DNA from: Choristocarpus tenellus KU-1152
Lineage: Eukaryota > Protista > Phaeophyceae
Direction of reading: 5' to 3'
Assembly (NCBI GenBank): GCA_964200185.2
Contig: CAXNAD020000035.1
Span: 1-38,051 of the forward strand
Length of the DNA stretch: 38,051 nucleotides
Shown: piece by piece, positions 1 through 12,752 of the stretch
Layout: every line of letters begins with the position of its first letter
Position numbering within the stretch: the first letter of the stretch is position 1
The notes under the pieces: generated by a model
What the model was told of the DNA's origin: nothing
Database searches by the model: none
What the model saw: only the letters and a program-made list of their open reading frames with translations
Program-made: the position numbers and the translations under genes

Positions 1-962
1 GTCTATAGTGTACCAGCAGCACTATCTACGAACAGGTGTACCTCGAACGAGACCCGATGCAATCCCCCCTCCTCCTCAGTCGATAGCGTTGACGATTGGA
101 TGCCCCCCTTCCAAGGCAATGACCGACCCAATCATCTGGGAGGGGATTTTGTGAGTGACGGCTTACCTTGCTGGCGGATGAGAGTGATCCAGGACTGGAT
201 AATGTGATGAGGAAGGACTTTCGGTGGTTCAATACTGTAGGAGGAATCGAAAGTTGGAGGTGGAATCTAGTTCACGGACAAGGTCCTCTTCTTCTCATAA
301 TTGTATCTCTGTCATGATAATTTGCATCAAGAGCTCCACCCTTGTGACTAACACGAAGGAGTCCTTTGGAGAAGAGTAAAAGAGGTCCGCGAGATGTCCG
401 CGAGACAAGGACGATTGCCTGTAAAAAGAGACTTTCGGCATGGCGGTTTCGAAACGGGATGTGAAAGCAAGGATATGGTTTCACCAGTCACCATTTTGGT
501 ATTCTTCCCTGAGACCGAAAACCAATATTAGGAATCTGCCCCTGAGGCCAATCGAGAACTGCCCCTTCGTGGGGGAACTGAAGAGGTTGCGAGCTTTTGA
601 AGGTATGAGATTCGGCACCACACCAGGAGGGAGTGTGTCCAGAATTGTTGAGCTATCCTTCGTCTAAGCCGCTTGGCCTTCCTGAGTTTTATAGCCCAGT
701 GATGAGGTACAAAAGCAAAATTGAATCAGTTCACAACCATTTCTGTATCGAATTGTGTCCAGCAATTAGCCGGGAAGATGCTCATGCTGAATCCTCCACC
801 TCGAGATCGTTGTGAATTTTTTGAGGGATCAGTCCATGTTCTTGCCACGAGGTTATTAGACGACGTGAACAAGTAGTGCAGCTCTAGAGTCTTATTGACT
901 TCCTTTGTGCTATTGAAAGGTGCAAGCCTCATTTCACCGGTATCTCCAAACACCCTTCTCAA
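1..962 (-). mobile_element. Decayed LTR-retrotransposon gag-like region (probably Ty3/Gypsy), running off the window start
   Basis: Frameshifted and stop-interrupted - strand peptides CWTQFDTEMVVN*F and HILAFTSRFETAMPK...LADLFYSSPK resemble retrotransposon gag patterns (W.eF...RF; Y...F..l...F..gL). Composition is distinct (CpG retained). Pattern recognition only. Confidence 0.45.
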
Positions 963-3900
963 TCGTCTCTTTTCTCTGCTTCCACTTATTTACCTTCTGC
1001 AAAACCCTACATCCACACTCTCTATACCAATCTCAACCTCCCCCACCCATTCCGATCTTAACTGATCTAAGCTTGACCTTTTTGTGACCCCAACCTTTGA
1101 CATCGCCACCTGCATACCAAGGCAAGTCTACACTACCTCGAAATCTGGAGCAGGACCATCATATGCGTGTTCCATCCCCTTTTGTTAGGAGCACTGGTCC
1201 TAATATTTGGCTGTGTCAATAGTGGAAAGGTGAGGGAGGGTGTATAGGTTTCATGACCTCCATGCCCCTCTCTTGAGCCTGTTTATGGACCTCCATGATG
1301 TAAATATAGAAGCATCCATTTCCTGTTACCAAGCCCTAAATTGCATCACCTGAGAAGCTATCACCCCAACTGGTTAGACACAGTATATCAAGGTTGGGAA
1401 TCTGTACACAGCATGAAAGCACACATGAACCACTACATTTCAAACCGTTGCCTTTATGGAATAGACATCTGCCCTGAATGTGTTCAGATCTGAGGAATTG
1501 AGACTTATAATTGAGCTTTTACTCCCACCTCTCTCAACTCCCACACCCTACCAAATTCTGCTATATCATAAGATTTCTTCGCACAAGACACATTTTCTCC
1601 TCATACCAAGCAGTGAAGAGTACATTCAACTCAAAACGTAGCTACAGAAAACGAGGCATTAGCATGATCTAATGCCACCAACGGCTTTCTCTCACCTCAA
1701 CCTCTCCCCTTGCCCCAAAAGCTGGCGTGCAAGGCCATCACTCCTCCAGAAACATTTCGTGATGTGATCAAGACGGGTGTTCTTGCAAATGGTAATGCTG
1801 CCAAGACTGGGCCCTTCAAGGCAAACAAGTCAAATGCCAAGTTGAGGTGACCAGCGAAGAAGGTCACAAGTAAAAAGGCCATACAACACAACTAATTTTC
1901 AGCTGTACCAAGTGCTAACATGTGTTTGGTCCAGTGCTACTGACTTTCGGCTTATCCTAAAAAAAAATTGAAGCAATTGACAAAGCAAACTGATTTGGGG
2001 TGACCTTAACACTGACTGCGGAACACTCAACAAGGCATGCTTGGTCACTACTATGTTCCATCCAAAAAGCACATCTTGTTTTTGTTAGATGTTTCACAGC
2101 ATTGGATTGAAGTGCTAGAGAGAATTTTGTGTTGCTACAGAGTCACATATCCAATCCACCCCACTTGATTCTGCATTCTGGTGCTATTGATTCGGAAACC
2201 TTCAGAATTCCAAAGAAACTGACTGGAAATAGTTGGATAATCGATCTCATACAAGATTTTTTTATTTCACAGTAGTGGGCACAAGATTGAATCTGCCAAC
2301 AGCCAAAGAAATTACCATTAACAGGGGTGAGAACCATGTCAGGTGGCATGGTCTTGTATCATGCTGCTGTGGCTACACCAGTACCTCGCCAGTTTGGTTG
2401 CCTCTTGTCAAACCACAATACCGGTGCATTCTACTGTCTCGGTTTCCTATAGGTCATGCCCTCATCCTCTTACCTTATAACAGAGTGCTATTTCATGAGT
2501 ACACAGAAAACACAAAGCTGGTCACATTCATATCATTTACTGTAGTGGGCTATGTGTGGTAGAACAGGATAGGCACAAACCAAGGTGTAACTTTCCTGGT
2601 TGCAACACTCATAGTCATCTTGAAGAATTGCAACCCATAAGTGGAATGCCCTCTGACTATGCTGTCCATTGGATGTCCGTTCCACAGCCTGTGGAGGATA
2701 TTCCGACATATGTTTGCAGATGCCATGGAATGCCAGGGTCTCTGTCGGAATTGCCGCCCCCTGCAGTGCTATGGGGGCTTGCAGGATGACACAATATTTC
2801 CAATTCAACAAGACAATAATCATATAAATGAGATAAGAGGGAGAAGAAGAAGAAGACAATAATCACCTGCTTTGATCTTTGAATGGCACACTCATCCTTG
2901 GGCAGTCCTCAAGTTTGGCGGAGAACAGGGCTGTGTTATGCTAAAATCAACTCCAAGTAAAAAAAGCCACCACTCTCTTTACTCCCTCTGTTGAGCATTG
3001 ATATGCCTCCAGCAGTACTGTGTAATTCCACATCTCTCAACTGGCAAAGCCGTGGTCAATGTAAGCACACATGTACATCCAACTAGATTGAACTATGGAC
3101 AGAAGGACAGCATGGCTCGGGGAGGAGGGCAACTGGTGTCATACTTCTCACTGCAGCCCCATGACCTTTACCGCAGCAACTGAAGTCGGTGGAAGATGAG
3201 AGGGTGGGTAAGGGAACATACACCATACACCGAGAAGGGGAAACAGAGTAATCAAAATAGTAGTTATATGATCAGGACATATTCACCACAACATGTTTTT
3301 ACAACATTGGGATTATATGTGATTACTGGTAATAGTTCCAGTTGGTTATTGGCTAGTTTGAGGGGATCTAGACAAAGAATACCTATAAATCATGCTGGAT
3401 GGGATTGGATAGGGTGGGTTCATACATAGTATTATTCTTGGAGGATGTTTTTGTGGTGATTGTACTCAAAGTTTGGCCTCTGATATGAATGGGGTGGTGA
3501 AAGCTTGAAGAAAAAAGAGTGAGTAGTATATATGAATTCTTAGCTACAGAATACAAGGGTTTTTCTTCCGTGGCCTGCATAACTATGAAGAGCACATATT
3601 TGAAAGATGGCTGCATGTCTGACTGTTGTATTAACTTTGATTTGTGAATTCACCTTTATAAGCCAGCAAGGTGCCAACCTCAGATGTGCTGTGTACCATA
3701 CATAGAGTTCCCCACTTTGAACTTGATCTCAGCTACTCTTGCTGTTGCTGAGCAAAAACTAAGTATAACCTCCTCCACAAGCATTAAATAATTAAGAAAA
3801 ACTTGAAACCCCTCAAACACCAAAGATCACAATTCAAAACAGTTTACAAGCACACAGTGGCTAACTCCCTATAAATTTGTTTGCGTCAATCCCTACTCAA

Positions 3901-4329
3901 GTTAGGACCAGATAGGTGTTTCACTTGTTCTACACAATGCAGAATCCCTTCCTCCATCTCCCAACTTCACATGTTTCAGCACAACACTAACCCTTGAGCA
4001 GTAGTGTAGGAAATACTCTATGCACTGCACTAGCCACTGAAAAAATTAGTGCAATAGGTTGCTTCCACTAGTAATAATTACAGCAGAGATTGGTTGGCAG
4101 GAAGGAAAAAAGGTTACATCTGGAGGTACAAGGTAAATTCCTTAACCCTTAGCAGAACCTCTTACCCCCCAAAACAATTTGTCACAGTCTCTCCTACACT
4201 ACCCTTTAGTGTCATGACCTTAAGGAACACATGTTTCCCACACAAACTAGATTTTGCCTGTCCCATTTTGCATCCCAGTCCTCTCCTCCTGATAGTCAGA
4301 GAGCACTGACACTACTCAAGGACAAGATG

Positions 4330-6040
4330 GTGGTACCTTCTGTCAAGGACATATCAACTTAGTCCTTGGGAATATGATACATTTCCAAGGTATGCTTGAC
4401 TTTGAGAAAAGGAGCTTGTGGAGCCCAGAGTGGTTGTTTCCTTCATGCACCTTGAAGTAGGTTGTATTTCTAGCATGCAAAGTACCATTTATGTGTTTCT
4501 GTGTTTCCAGTGTTCCCTTCATACTTGCTCTCTTCAAGCTAGCCTTCATTCCCACTTCGTGATGAGTTGATGCCCTTTCACAATGGCTGCACAGCCTAGG
4601 AATTCGGGGCAGCTAACAAGTCCTTGACAATAGTGCACACCACCAATAGTGCGCACTACCATACCTCCTTTGGTCAAAAGTGTTAGGTAGTTGGCAGTTG
4701 ACGCCCTTTCTCCTTGTCTCCCTCAACTCTTGCCCTCAGACTCATAGTATCTTATAGGGGGGGGTGTTTATCTCAGGTTGTCCATTTGGGACTTGATGGG
4801 GTTTTGTAAGATACCCCAGTTTGATGCCTGTTTGAAGGGTGAATCTCCTTCGGATTTGGCACAAAATGATGGGTGGAAAATGAAGGTGCCCTCAGATGAA
4901 GGAAATTACATTTCCATCCGGCACATTCACTCAAGAAGCATGAAATCACTAAAGGTTCACACAGGCCCAAATGGACGCCTGAACCTCCTCTAGGATAATT
5001 TGGCCTCAAGATCTCAATGTAGCTGGGGCTAGGCCAAGTGCACATGTGATGCAACAAAACAATTCCAAAGACTTGCAACCAGTACTCACCCATCTTCCTG
5101 CTTCCCTGCTCCTTCTTAATTGTGTTGGCTACCTCTGTGTCAGACTCTTCCTGATGGGTTTAAATTATCAGTAAAAGATGGCAACAACTCTGCATATTCT
5201 GATCCCCCAATTTTCATATCCATTGCCATTGACTGGAGCAACAGCTTGGGTACCCTTGACTTGATGAAGCACAGCTATATCTCTCTAGAAAATGGCTTGG
5301 ATTCACATTTGGCATCCTATCTAAATCGATCACCCTGGAAAAGGTCAGCAATGCCCAGCAAATTTGCAATGTTCTAATATAATATTTCTAGTTGTTGATA
5401 ATTTCTCAAGTTTGAAATAGATATCAGGAATTCAGGGGTATGAGAAGTAGGTGCTACTGATTGTGGGTATTGTGGTGCAGGAATGTTTGGAAGTGATAGA
5501 AATCAGCACAATGGATGTTCTGCATCTGTCACGATGTCTTTGCCTAATCTTGTTATCAGAGCTAATAGGTCTATGCACACTGTAGTTTTAAGCAGTCTGA
5601 TACAATACTCGCTCCCAAGGTCTTCACCCTCATCTCTCTCATACTTCATCACACAATCTCCTTCCTCCTGACAATCAATGCAGGTATGACCTTAGAGGTC
5701 AAACCTTTTGTGTAGTGGTTGCAATATCAATATCTCTCATCTCCTTTGATTTGAGGTGATCCAAACATGACAACATCCAACCCTCATCCACCTTGATCCA
5801 GGTAGCAAGCTTGACTGTTACTCCAAAACCATTCCCTTGTCCTGAAGAAAGAAATAATATACTCTGGAGTATCCATGACCTGGGCTGCAAATGTGAAAAC
5901 ATCCCTACCACAAGCCATGATTCTAAGCCTATGGCCAACAACCGTCTCATAGCCCTAACTGTGACCCTTGACCACTCTTCCCCAATGGTATCTTCTACAG
6001 TTGTTGTCAATCCTCCACCCCTGTGATATGGCATCCATTA
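4330..6040 (-). mobile_element. Degenerate non-LTR (LINE) ORF2 remnant: endonuclease- and RT-like pieces
   Basis: DMKIGGSEYAELLPSFTDNL at 5220-5161 resembles the LINE RT LLFADDL motif after two G>A changes; HRGGGL near 6020 resembles the APE GGG motif; many stops. Boundaries approximate. Confidence 0.5.
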
Positions 6041-8349
6041 CTATATTTTGCTGTATTGTTCTATCTCCTCTATTTTTCACAGTAATGATGTTTTTAACCA
6101 ATCCACCACGCAGAATCATAGCCCCCACTATCTAAACTTCATTCTCCTAATCCTAACCATACCCCCTAGCCCTACCTCTATATCTGCATCCCTAACCCCA
6201 CTCCACCCCCATCGATTATCCTGTGCCTTTTATCCTGTACTGTTTCTGCAGGAGTTGGACTTGGCGATCATTATTCTTGTGATGCAATTTTTGGCTTCAG
6301 GCCTACTGGCCATGGTGCACTAGATGTACTTGGTGATTGGCCTGCTCCTAAAGGTGTCAAATCAGCTTAATTCTAGTCCTATGAAGTGCACTACCCACTT
6401 CATGTACCACCGCGCCATAGCTCTCTTTTTATGAAGGGGATGGAGCAGTGTGGAGGTCATACTGAGGAAAACATACTCTCTGTTCTCAAGTAATATAAGT
6501 TTAGAGTGGAATGCAGTTTGCCGTAGACTTCCATTTCTATCTAACCCTGGTAATCGTAAGGCGTGAGCATGCAGCAACCAGCGATATCAAATCCCTGCAT
6601 CGTGTATGCCTAAACATGCAGGTGATAGGAATGTATGGGGAGGAAAGGGAGGAGGCTGGATATCTCAGAAGTGAAGACGATGGAGATGGAGATGGGGTAA
6701 ATGGGGAACAGATTGATTCTATTTGATGATGTGATTAAAATAGATAACGATAACTCAATGCTGATGAGTTCTAACCCAAGGACTGAAGACTTGCAGGCTG
6801 AGTCTGGAGTTGGGTCTGGTCAGGCTCCTGCTGAGTCTGAGGATGGACCTTGTGCTGGGGCTGCAGTGACCGAACTTGAGGCTACTGCTGTAGCCCCAAC
6901 AAAGCAGGTGATGTCAACATAATGGTTCTTCCTTACAAGGGGGGCTGTCAACACAAGGCAAGTAGAGAGGGTACAGATGTAGGACTTGTTTGAATGGGAA
7001 ATATTGGGAATAAAGCCTCGGATTGACTCAGTACAGCAGTCTTGCTTTCAATGTTGACGATCCAATCTAGTGCACAGTCTTGTGTGTTGCACAGTCCATG
7101 AGTCTAGGATGCCCTTTTGCCTCTTACCCAATGAAGCAATGTAACCGAATTCTTTGCCCCCTCTCAACACTCTGCAGGTTCCCGGTTACGTCAACACTCT
7201 TTGATGCCCATACAGACCAAGAGACTGGGGTTACCAGTGGGGAAGTTGTGGCTGGGAGGGGTTAAGCAAGGAAAGGGGATGGGGGTCTGGTGTCGCTAGA
7301 AGGGGATATGGGATGGCATTAAATGCCAACTCGAGGGAAAGGGGGATAGGACACAGCAACATTGGACAAGGCCACAGCAGTGGAAGACACATGTGTGGAC
7401 CTAAGGGTCACTCCGAGGGTTTGTCTTATCTCTGAGAGGGATGATGGGGGGTGCCATGTCAGGCCTGGGTCCAACAGCATCTGAAAATTTGTGATGGTTT
7501 TCACAAACATTTTTGTCACCAAAATGTTAAACTCACAAACTCCTATTTTGTGATAACAGCAAATGGTGACATGCGGACCAAGCAATTGTCACAATGTACA
7601 GGAGACCCCTGAGTGCTGAGTAACGCTTGTGCATCTTTGTGTTTGTTTCTTTTACTGTATGATTTGCATGTTTTGCGCCCGTATGTTCATTTTTTCAAGG
7701 CTTCCTCTGGTGCTTAGGGCATGTCAGGTTGGTACTGGGTAGAGTTGGAGAGGGTATGTTGTTGAGGGTTTTGGTCCTCCTAGCTGACTGGCTCGTAGCT
7801 TACCTCACCCGTATCATGTACTAGGTAAACTGTACTGTGTAATGTGTTGTTTGGGGTACAACACTTGCATTGTAAGTGAGGACTGTAATACTGGCAATGG
7901 TGACAACTCAAAGTGTATGTGGCGCACCAAGTCAATTCCTGGAAACGAGTACCATGTTTGATTGTCTGTGATGTTCCAGTTTAAAGTGCCTTGCTGACAA
8001 GGTCAAGATGCATCCCTTGCCTTGAGGAAGGTGCTGCCAAAGATTGCTGTGCAGCCAAAGTGTATAGTAGTGAAGGGTTAGTGAGTGGTATTCCCTTTAC
8101 CTCTCCTAAGTCTAAGAAACCAAAAGGGGTGTGTGATTTTGGTCGTTTTGAGATTTAATGGAGATTTCTTAGTAATTTTATTAAAATAATATGAAGACAT
8201 AAAAAACAGGGCGTCAATAAGGGAAACTTGTTTCTGCAAACTGAATGAATCCACAAAATTGTCAAAATGCACCCCATATGTGTGCGGTGGTGATATGGGC
8301 ACTTCTGAAAGGGGGAAAATGAAGCCAGGTATTGCACAACACCCTACTG

Positions 8350-8352
<3 letters not shown>

Positions 8353-8382
<30 letters not shown>
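8353..8382. repeat. (AG)15 microsatellite
   Basis: Direct read. Confidence 0.95.
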
Positions 8383-8385
<3 letters not shown>

Positions 8386-8689
8386 ACGATCATTCATAGT
8401 CATATGCTCTGTGCAGATCGATAAAACCCATGGAAAGGGGTACATGCTTTTCCTGCCGAAGGAGTCAAACCAGTTGAGATTGAGGCAGGTTTTGACCCTT
8501 TCTCAATTGCATCCTAAGCCATACTTCTTTTCCTGTTCAGTAGTCTATTTCATAGCTCCATGTGCACAACAATGTGTGCCAATTGATATTCTCCCCTTCC
8601 ACACATAAAGTGACACCACAATTCGGCAAAGGCTCTCTCTGTAATTGTAAAAATGTTTGTTTTCCCTTCTCAGTATCCTAAAAATACAA

Positions 8690-9040
8690 CCCTGCCTACC
8701 TCTCAATTTTTTGCCCATTGGTTTGGGCCAAGCTCTTGAAGTACAAGTGAAGATTATGCCCACTGTGGAGTATTGGGCCCCGAAATCACACTGTTCGTCA
8801 TGTTTCATATTCTCCCGTTCCAAGTAATCTTCCAATCGCCATGTAAGAACTTTGAGGGCCTTGACAGCATGTGTCACCAATGAAATGTCCCTGTATTTGC
8901 CACAATCAGTGTGGTCCTTCTCCTTGTAGAGCACAGTGAGTGACGACTACATCTTTCCAAACCTCCTCTGTCACTACTTCCCGGTTTCACACATCCAAGA
9001 CAAACTTAACGGAAACCCTGGAGGATAGTCACATCCTCCG
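8690..9040 (-). mobile_element. RTE-clade LINE reverse transcriptase fragment (pseudogenised)
   Basis: LYKEKDHTDCGKYRDISLVTHAVKALKVLTWRLEDYLERENMKHDEQCDFGAQYSTVGIIF matches the RTE RT pattern K.DC.NYRGISL...EEQCGFR..RST.D.IF; preceded by a frameshifted EVWKDVV. Confidence 0.8.
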
Positions 9041-10229
9041 ATAGGGTGGTGAAGAGAATCAATGGTCAAGACGGACCAGACAAACTAAGACGAACTGTAT
9101 CTGACAGGACGAGGTTATTGTTGGACAAGTGCAATACTGCAAGAACATTTGAACAAAACTATGGAGACAGACTCACTGAGGATCTTGTGAGAGTGGATCG
9201 TCAGAAATGTCATGACATGAGAACAAAGTGAATCTTTGATGTTTGAAAAGTCTGAATGAAGACCAGTCCCATACCTGTGGAATTGTTTCTTAAAGAGATT
9301 CGATGGATTCATTCTCATGGAAGATCCTCCACCAGAATCAGGGACTCCTCACAATGAATCTCGATCAGTATAAGGATATATGACATACTGTAATGCGATA
9401 TAATAACAGACAAACCTCCTACTTTCCACACAAGTCAAACTTAGAACTTCATCCATAGAAATTTGTACTAATTTTGCAAAAGATGTTCCCAATTTTGATG
9501 GCAATATCAAAAGGGATAGTAGCGCCTCCGAAAATGCAGAAAACCCCTTCATCAATCATAATGACACGCAGTAGTTGATAAAATAAGTTGAATTTGAAGC
9601 ACAACCATCACACATGGATAGTTTTACTAAATTGTACAAACAAAAAGATGAAGTGCATTTGAATAAGTAGACTGGGTAGTGTTCTAAGTTCTATGTAGTA
9701 TTGTGTTTTACTAATGTAGTAGCTTTACTACTCACAACTCAAACGTCAGGCAGGCAGACAGGCAGGCCAACAAGGAGGTAGGGAGCATTGTTATTATTCA
9801 AATGTCCATTATGCAAGTCTTTTTGTAGTTTACTCTGCCCAACCAGTTCATATATAGCAAACTAGAAAGGGGTCAAGGGAGTGGAACAAGGAAACATCGG
9901 TTCTGTAGAGCACCAAAGTCATTGCAACTGGTGGCGTGTGTATGATGTGAATGTGATAGCTGGAGATAGCCAGTCTGGCGCAAACACTATTCAAACTGAG
10001 TGAGCAGACCCCAAAGGTGTGTGATTTAGCTAAGTTGAAGCTTAATTACAGTAAGAAACCCAACATGTGCACCCAATTTGTCACCCTCTTCAGATTCTAG
10101 TGTAGAGCAATCTGAGCCTATTGTAACTGGAGATGACAGTTTTACTCATGCAATTCAACTACGGGGACAGTTCCACTCAGAGTCCCATGCCAAAAACAGT
10201 GTGGGCGAATAAGTAACTCCAAATACAAT

Positions 10230-10640
10230 CTCCTATGGTATTTCTGACCAAGTTTCTTGCCAGCATTCTCCTGCTATTCAGGTACAGTACAAAAGGCGAA
10301 AATAATGATTGGATCATTGCTTTGCTTGAAGTCCCTTGCATACTTTGCTTGATCATGATAACACTAACTATAATGGTATTGTTTCAAAGTCCCTTCGACA
10401 AAGATCACTACTCCTAAGTCAAGTCTTTGATGACCTTGCAAGTTGACTGGCACTCTTCTGTATCCTACGCTAAAAAAACAATCTCACTACCCCGAAGACT
10501 ACCAGGGGGTTGTACTCTGGAGTATGAAAGTCATGTAGGCATACATATTTATTTATGCCCAGATGTTCAATGCACGGACTACTTTAAACCCAGCCTGTGC
10601 CTCAACTTGTCCTTTGCTTTAGTTGGCACTTTACCTATCA
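10230..10640 (-). mobile_element. Possible highly decayed LINE RT fragment
   Basis: - strand VEAQAGFK (~10600; cf. EEQAGFR) followed ~300 nt later by LFSPFVLYLN (cf. LSPxLFxLYxN); heavily broken. Confidence 0.3.
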
Positions 10641-11959
10641 TCTGTGTTTCATCCTAGAATAGACAGTCATCTTCCCTTCTAAGTCCCTGCGCATTTCTTT
10701 TAATTGGATTCCCCCCCATCTCCTACCTACCCTAACCCGAATAATCCCCCCTCTCAATTCTGACTCCCCAGTCTGTGTATTACATGCAGCATCACTAAGC
10801 AAGCAAGACCTGGGCTTGTGTGCTGTGCTTTTTTGAAGGCCTAACCCTAGAGTTTCATTCTCCCTTAGTTCTTGTATAGGTGGTATGTGGTAAGTCAAAA
10901 CAACAGAAAATCTAAAGACAACTGGGACAACCACAGCACAAAACGGTGACTTGTTATTAATTATAATAGCATTTAACCTGGTGTTTATACTAATTATGAA
11001 TCTATACTATGATCTTGAGTACTTGTAAGTGGTAGGGTAGAAGCACACTTTGATTTAAGTATCTGGCGTAAGGAAGAGTGATTGCAACGTTGGACATACA
11101 GTTGTGGGTATCACACTTCAAATAAATCTCTTGCTCACATTCTACTGATGGGGTGGGTGACTTCACATACTTTGCCCTTGTCTGGATATACTCTGTGAAC
11201 TGGTCATGGTGTAGGGCAATCCCATAATTACACAGACCTCCAATATTTCGATACATAATGAATGATTTCCCACCACAACAGTCTCTGATTATTACTGCCA
11301 GAATTGAATCAAGTGAGAGATTGTTCCAAGGTTCAAGAACTAGGTTAGGACACGACCTGAGAATCCTGATCTTAGCCCTAAGACTTGTGCTTGCCTCAAG
11401 TGTATCTTGATATGTTCCCAACCTTTCTCAGATTAGTGTATTGAGTTTCCCCTGAAAGCTCCATCCTCTGATATTTATTAAAATATTATAAAGATAAAAA
11501 CAGCTGCTACCTTTGACTCTTATCATCGGAACGACATGAAAAATCATACAGTTCACTCATTTGATTTGGTCTGTGCATATTGGTCTCTCCTTTACAATAT
11601 ATATAAATATATTCCAGGTAGTTTTGTAGCCCATTGGTTAAATTGAACACACTATTCCTTGGTGTGGAATAAGCAAAATCACGGCCTGCAAGCTCCTGTT
11701 ATGGAGGAGGTCCTGTCCAAGGGTGCCCAGCAATAGATTATTTTATTGGCAATAGGCAAGGGAGACATCCTTTGTTGCATTTCTCAATGAGAGTAAACCA
11801 AACCCTCAGATTAGTACACTGAAAGTAATGAGTTCTCTTAGTTGTCTTGGTACAATGTATAGTTTACTTGTACATATCAACCTTGTCATGAGGGTAGGAT
11901 TTTAAATAGAATATAGATGTATGTATGCAGAGTGATAATAATTCAATCCTCATGAAGTT

Positions 11960-12360
11960 GTCATACAGTGCTGCCTTGGTAAGAGCTACCTCATACCTTA
12001 CCCTTCTCTCTAATGGGTAACTACTTTCCTCTGTTGGTGGCAAGTTTGTACTATACTACCTTGATATTCTTAGGAATGACAGAAATGGACGCTATTTTTA
12101 AAACCTAAGCAAGGAAAAACACCGTATCAATTTGGGTGAACGACCAAGGACACCCTCATGATACTCTTGATGCACTTCAATCACCTACAAAGCAATGACT
12201 TACTACGTCACACAACACATCTATCAATTCTCTGTTAGCTGTAACTCCTTCCTCCACATATACACTGTACTGGGAATTGGATGTTACCCCTGATGGATTT
12301 CCAACGAGATTTCTCAGAAAAATATCAATCACAAACATCAAAGCATAAGCTCTCGTAGCA
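11960..12360 (+). mobile_element. Probable Penelope-like element RT thumb fragment
   Basis: Frameshifted motifs in Penelope order: YLDI..RNGR (12057), YQF (~12125), GHPH (12148), CYP (12282); cf. FLD..NG..YQYL..S.HP..RGYP. Confidence 0.4.
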
Positions 12361-12502
12361 CTTCAACCTGTAGGGGGTCAAGCTTTATGATCAGAGTGTA
12401 CAATAAGGTTTTGGAGGTTAAAACTTGCAACAGTTACTCCCATCAAGTACAAATAAGCATGCAGAGTGGGGCTCCGTGCACACTCATTTCCTTGTTAGAT
12501 GT

Positions 12503-12752
12503 TCATTTGAGGCAAACTACATAGACTCGAGCCAGCTCCTGCAAGTTGGTGGCAGTCAAAAAGCTTCCAGGCATGGCAACACCCAGGGAGTCGCTAACAG
12601 ATGCAGGTTTTTGCCCTGGAACAAGAGCTGATTTACTGGAGTCTTGGTTATCCTCGCTGGTGGTGGTGGCCAGCTTTACAGAGTGGATGCGTCCTGTTGC
12701 CTGTGTATCAATCTCTAACCCACGCCCTTTACTTGTATCACTTGTCTTACTC
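12503..12752 (-). CDS. SEC5: Sec5 exon 33 (terminal, stop codon)
   Basis: SKTSDTSK...NLQELARVYVVCLK*; phase 2 acceptor; TGA at 12505-12503. Confidence 0.8.

Noticed and set aside
6600-7460. LINE ORF1 with zinc knuckle upstream of the ORF2 remnant
   Set aside because: Only a weak CTRLDRQH*KQDC trace and low-complexity sequence; position fits but the evidence is too thin.
11002-11421. 139-aa ORF as a stand-alone gene
   Set aside because: Non-ATG start, no recognisable domain, repeat-rich context; likely TE debris or chance.
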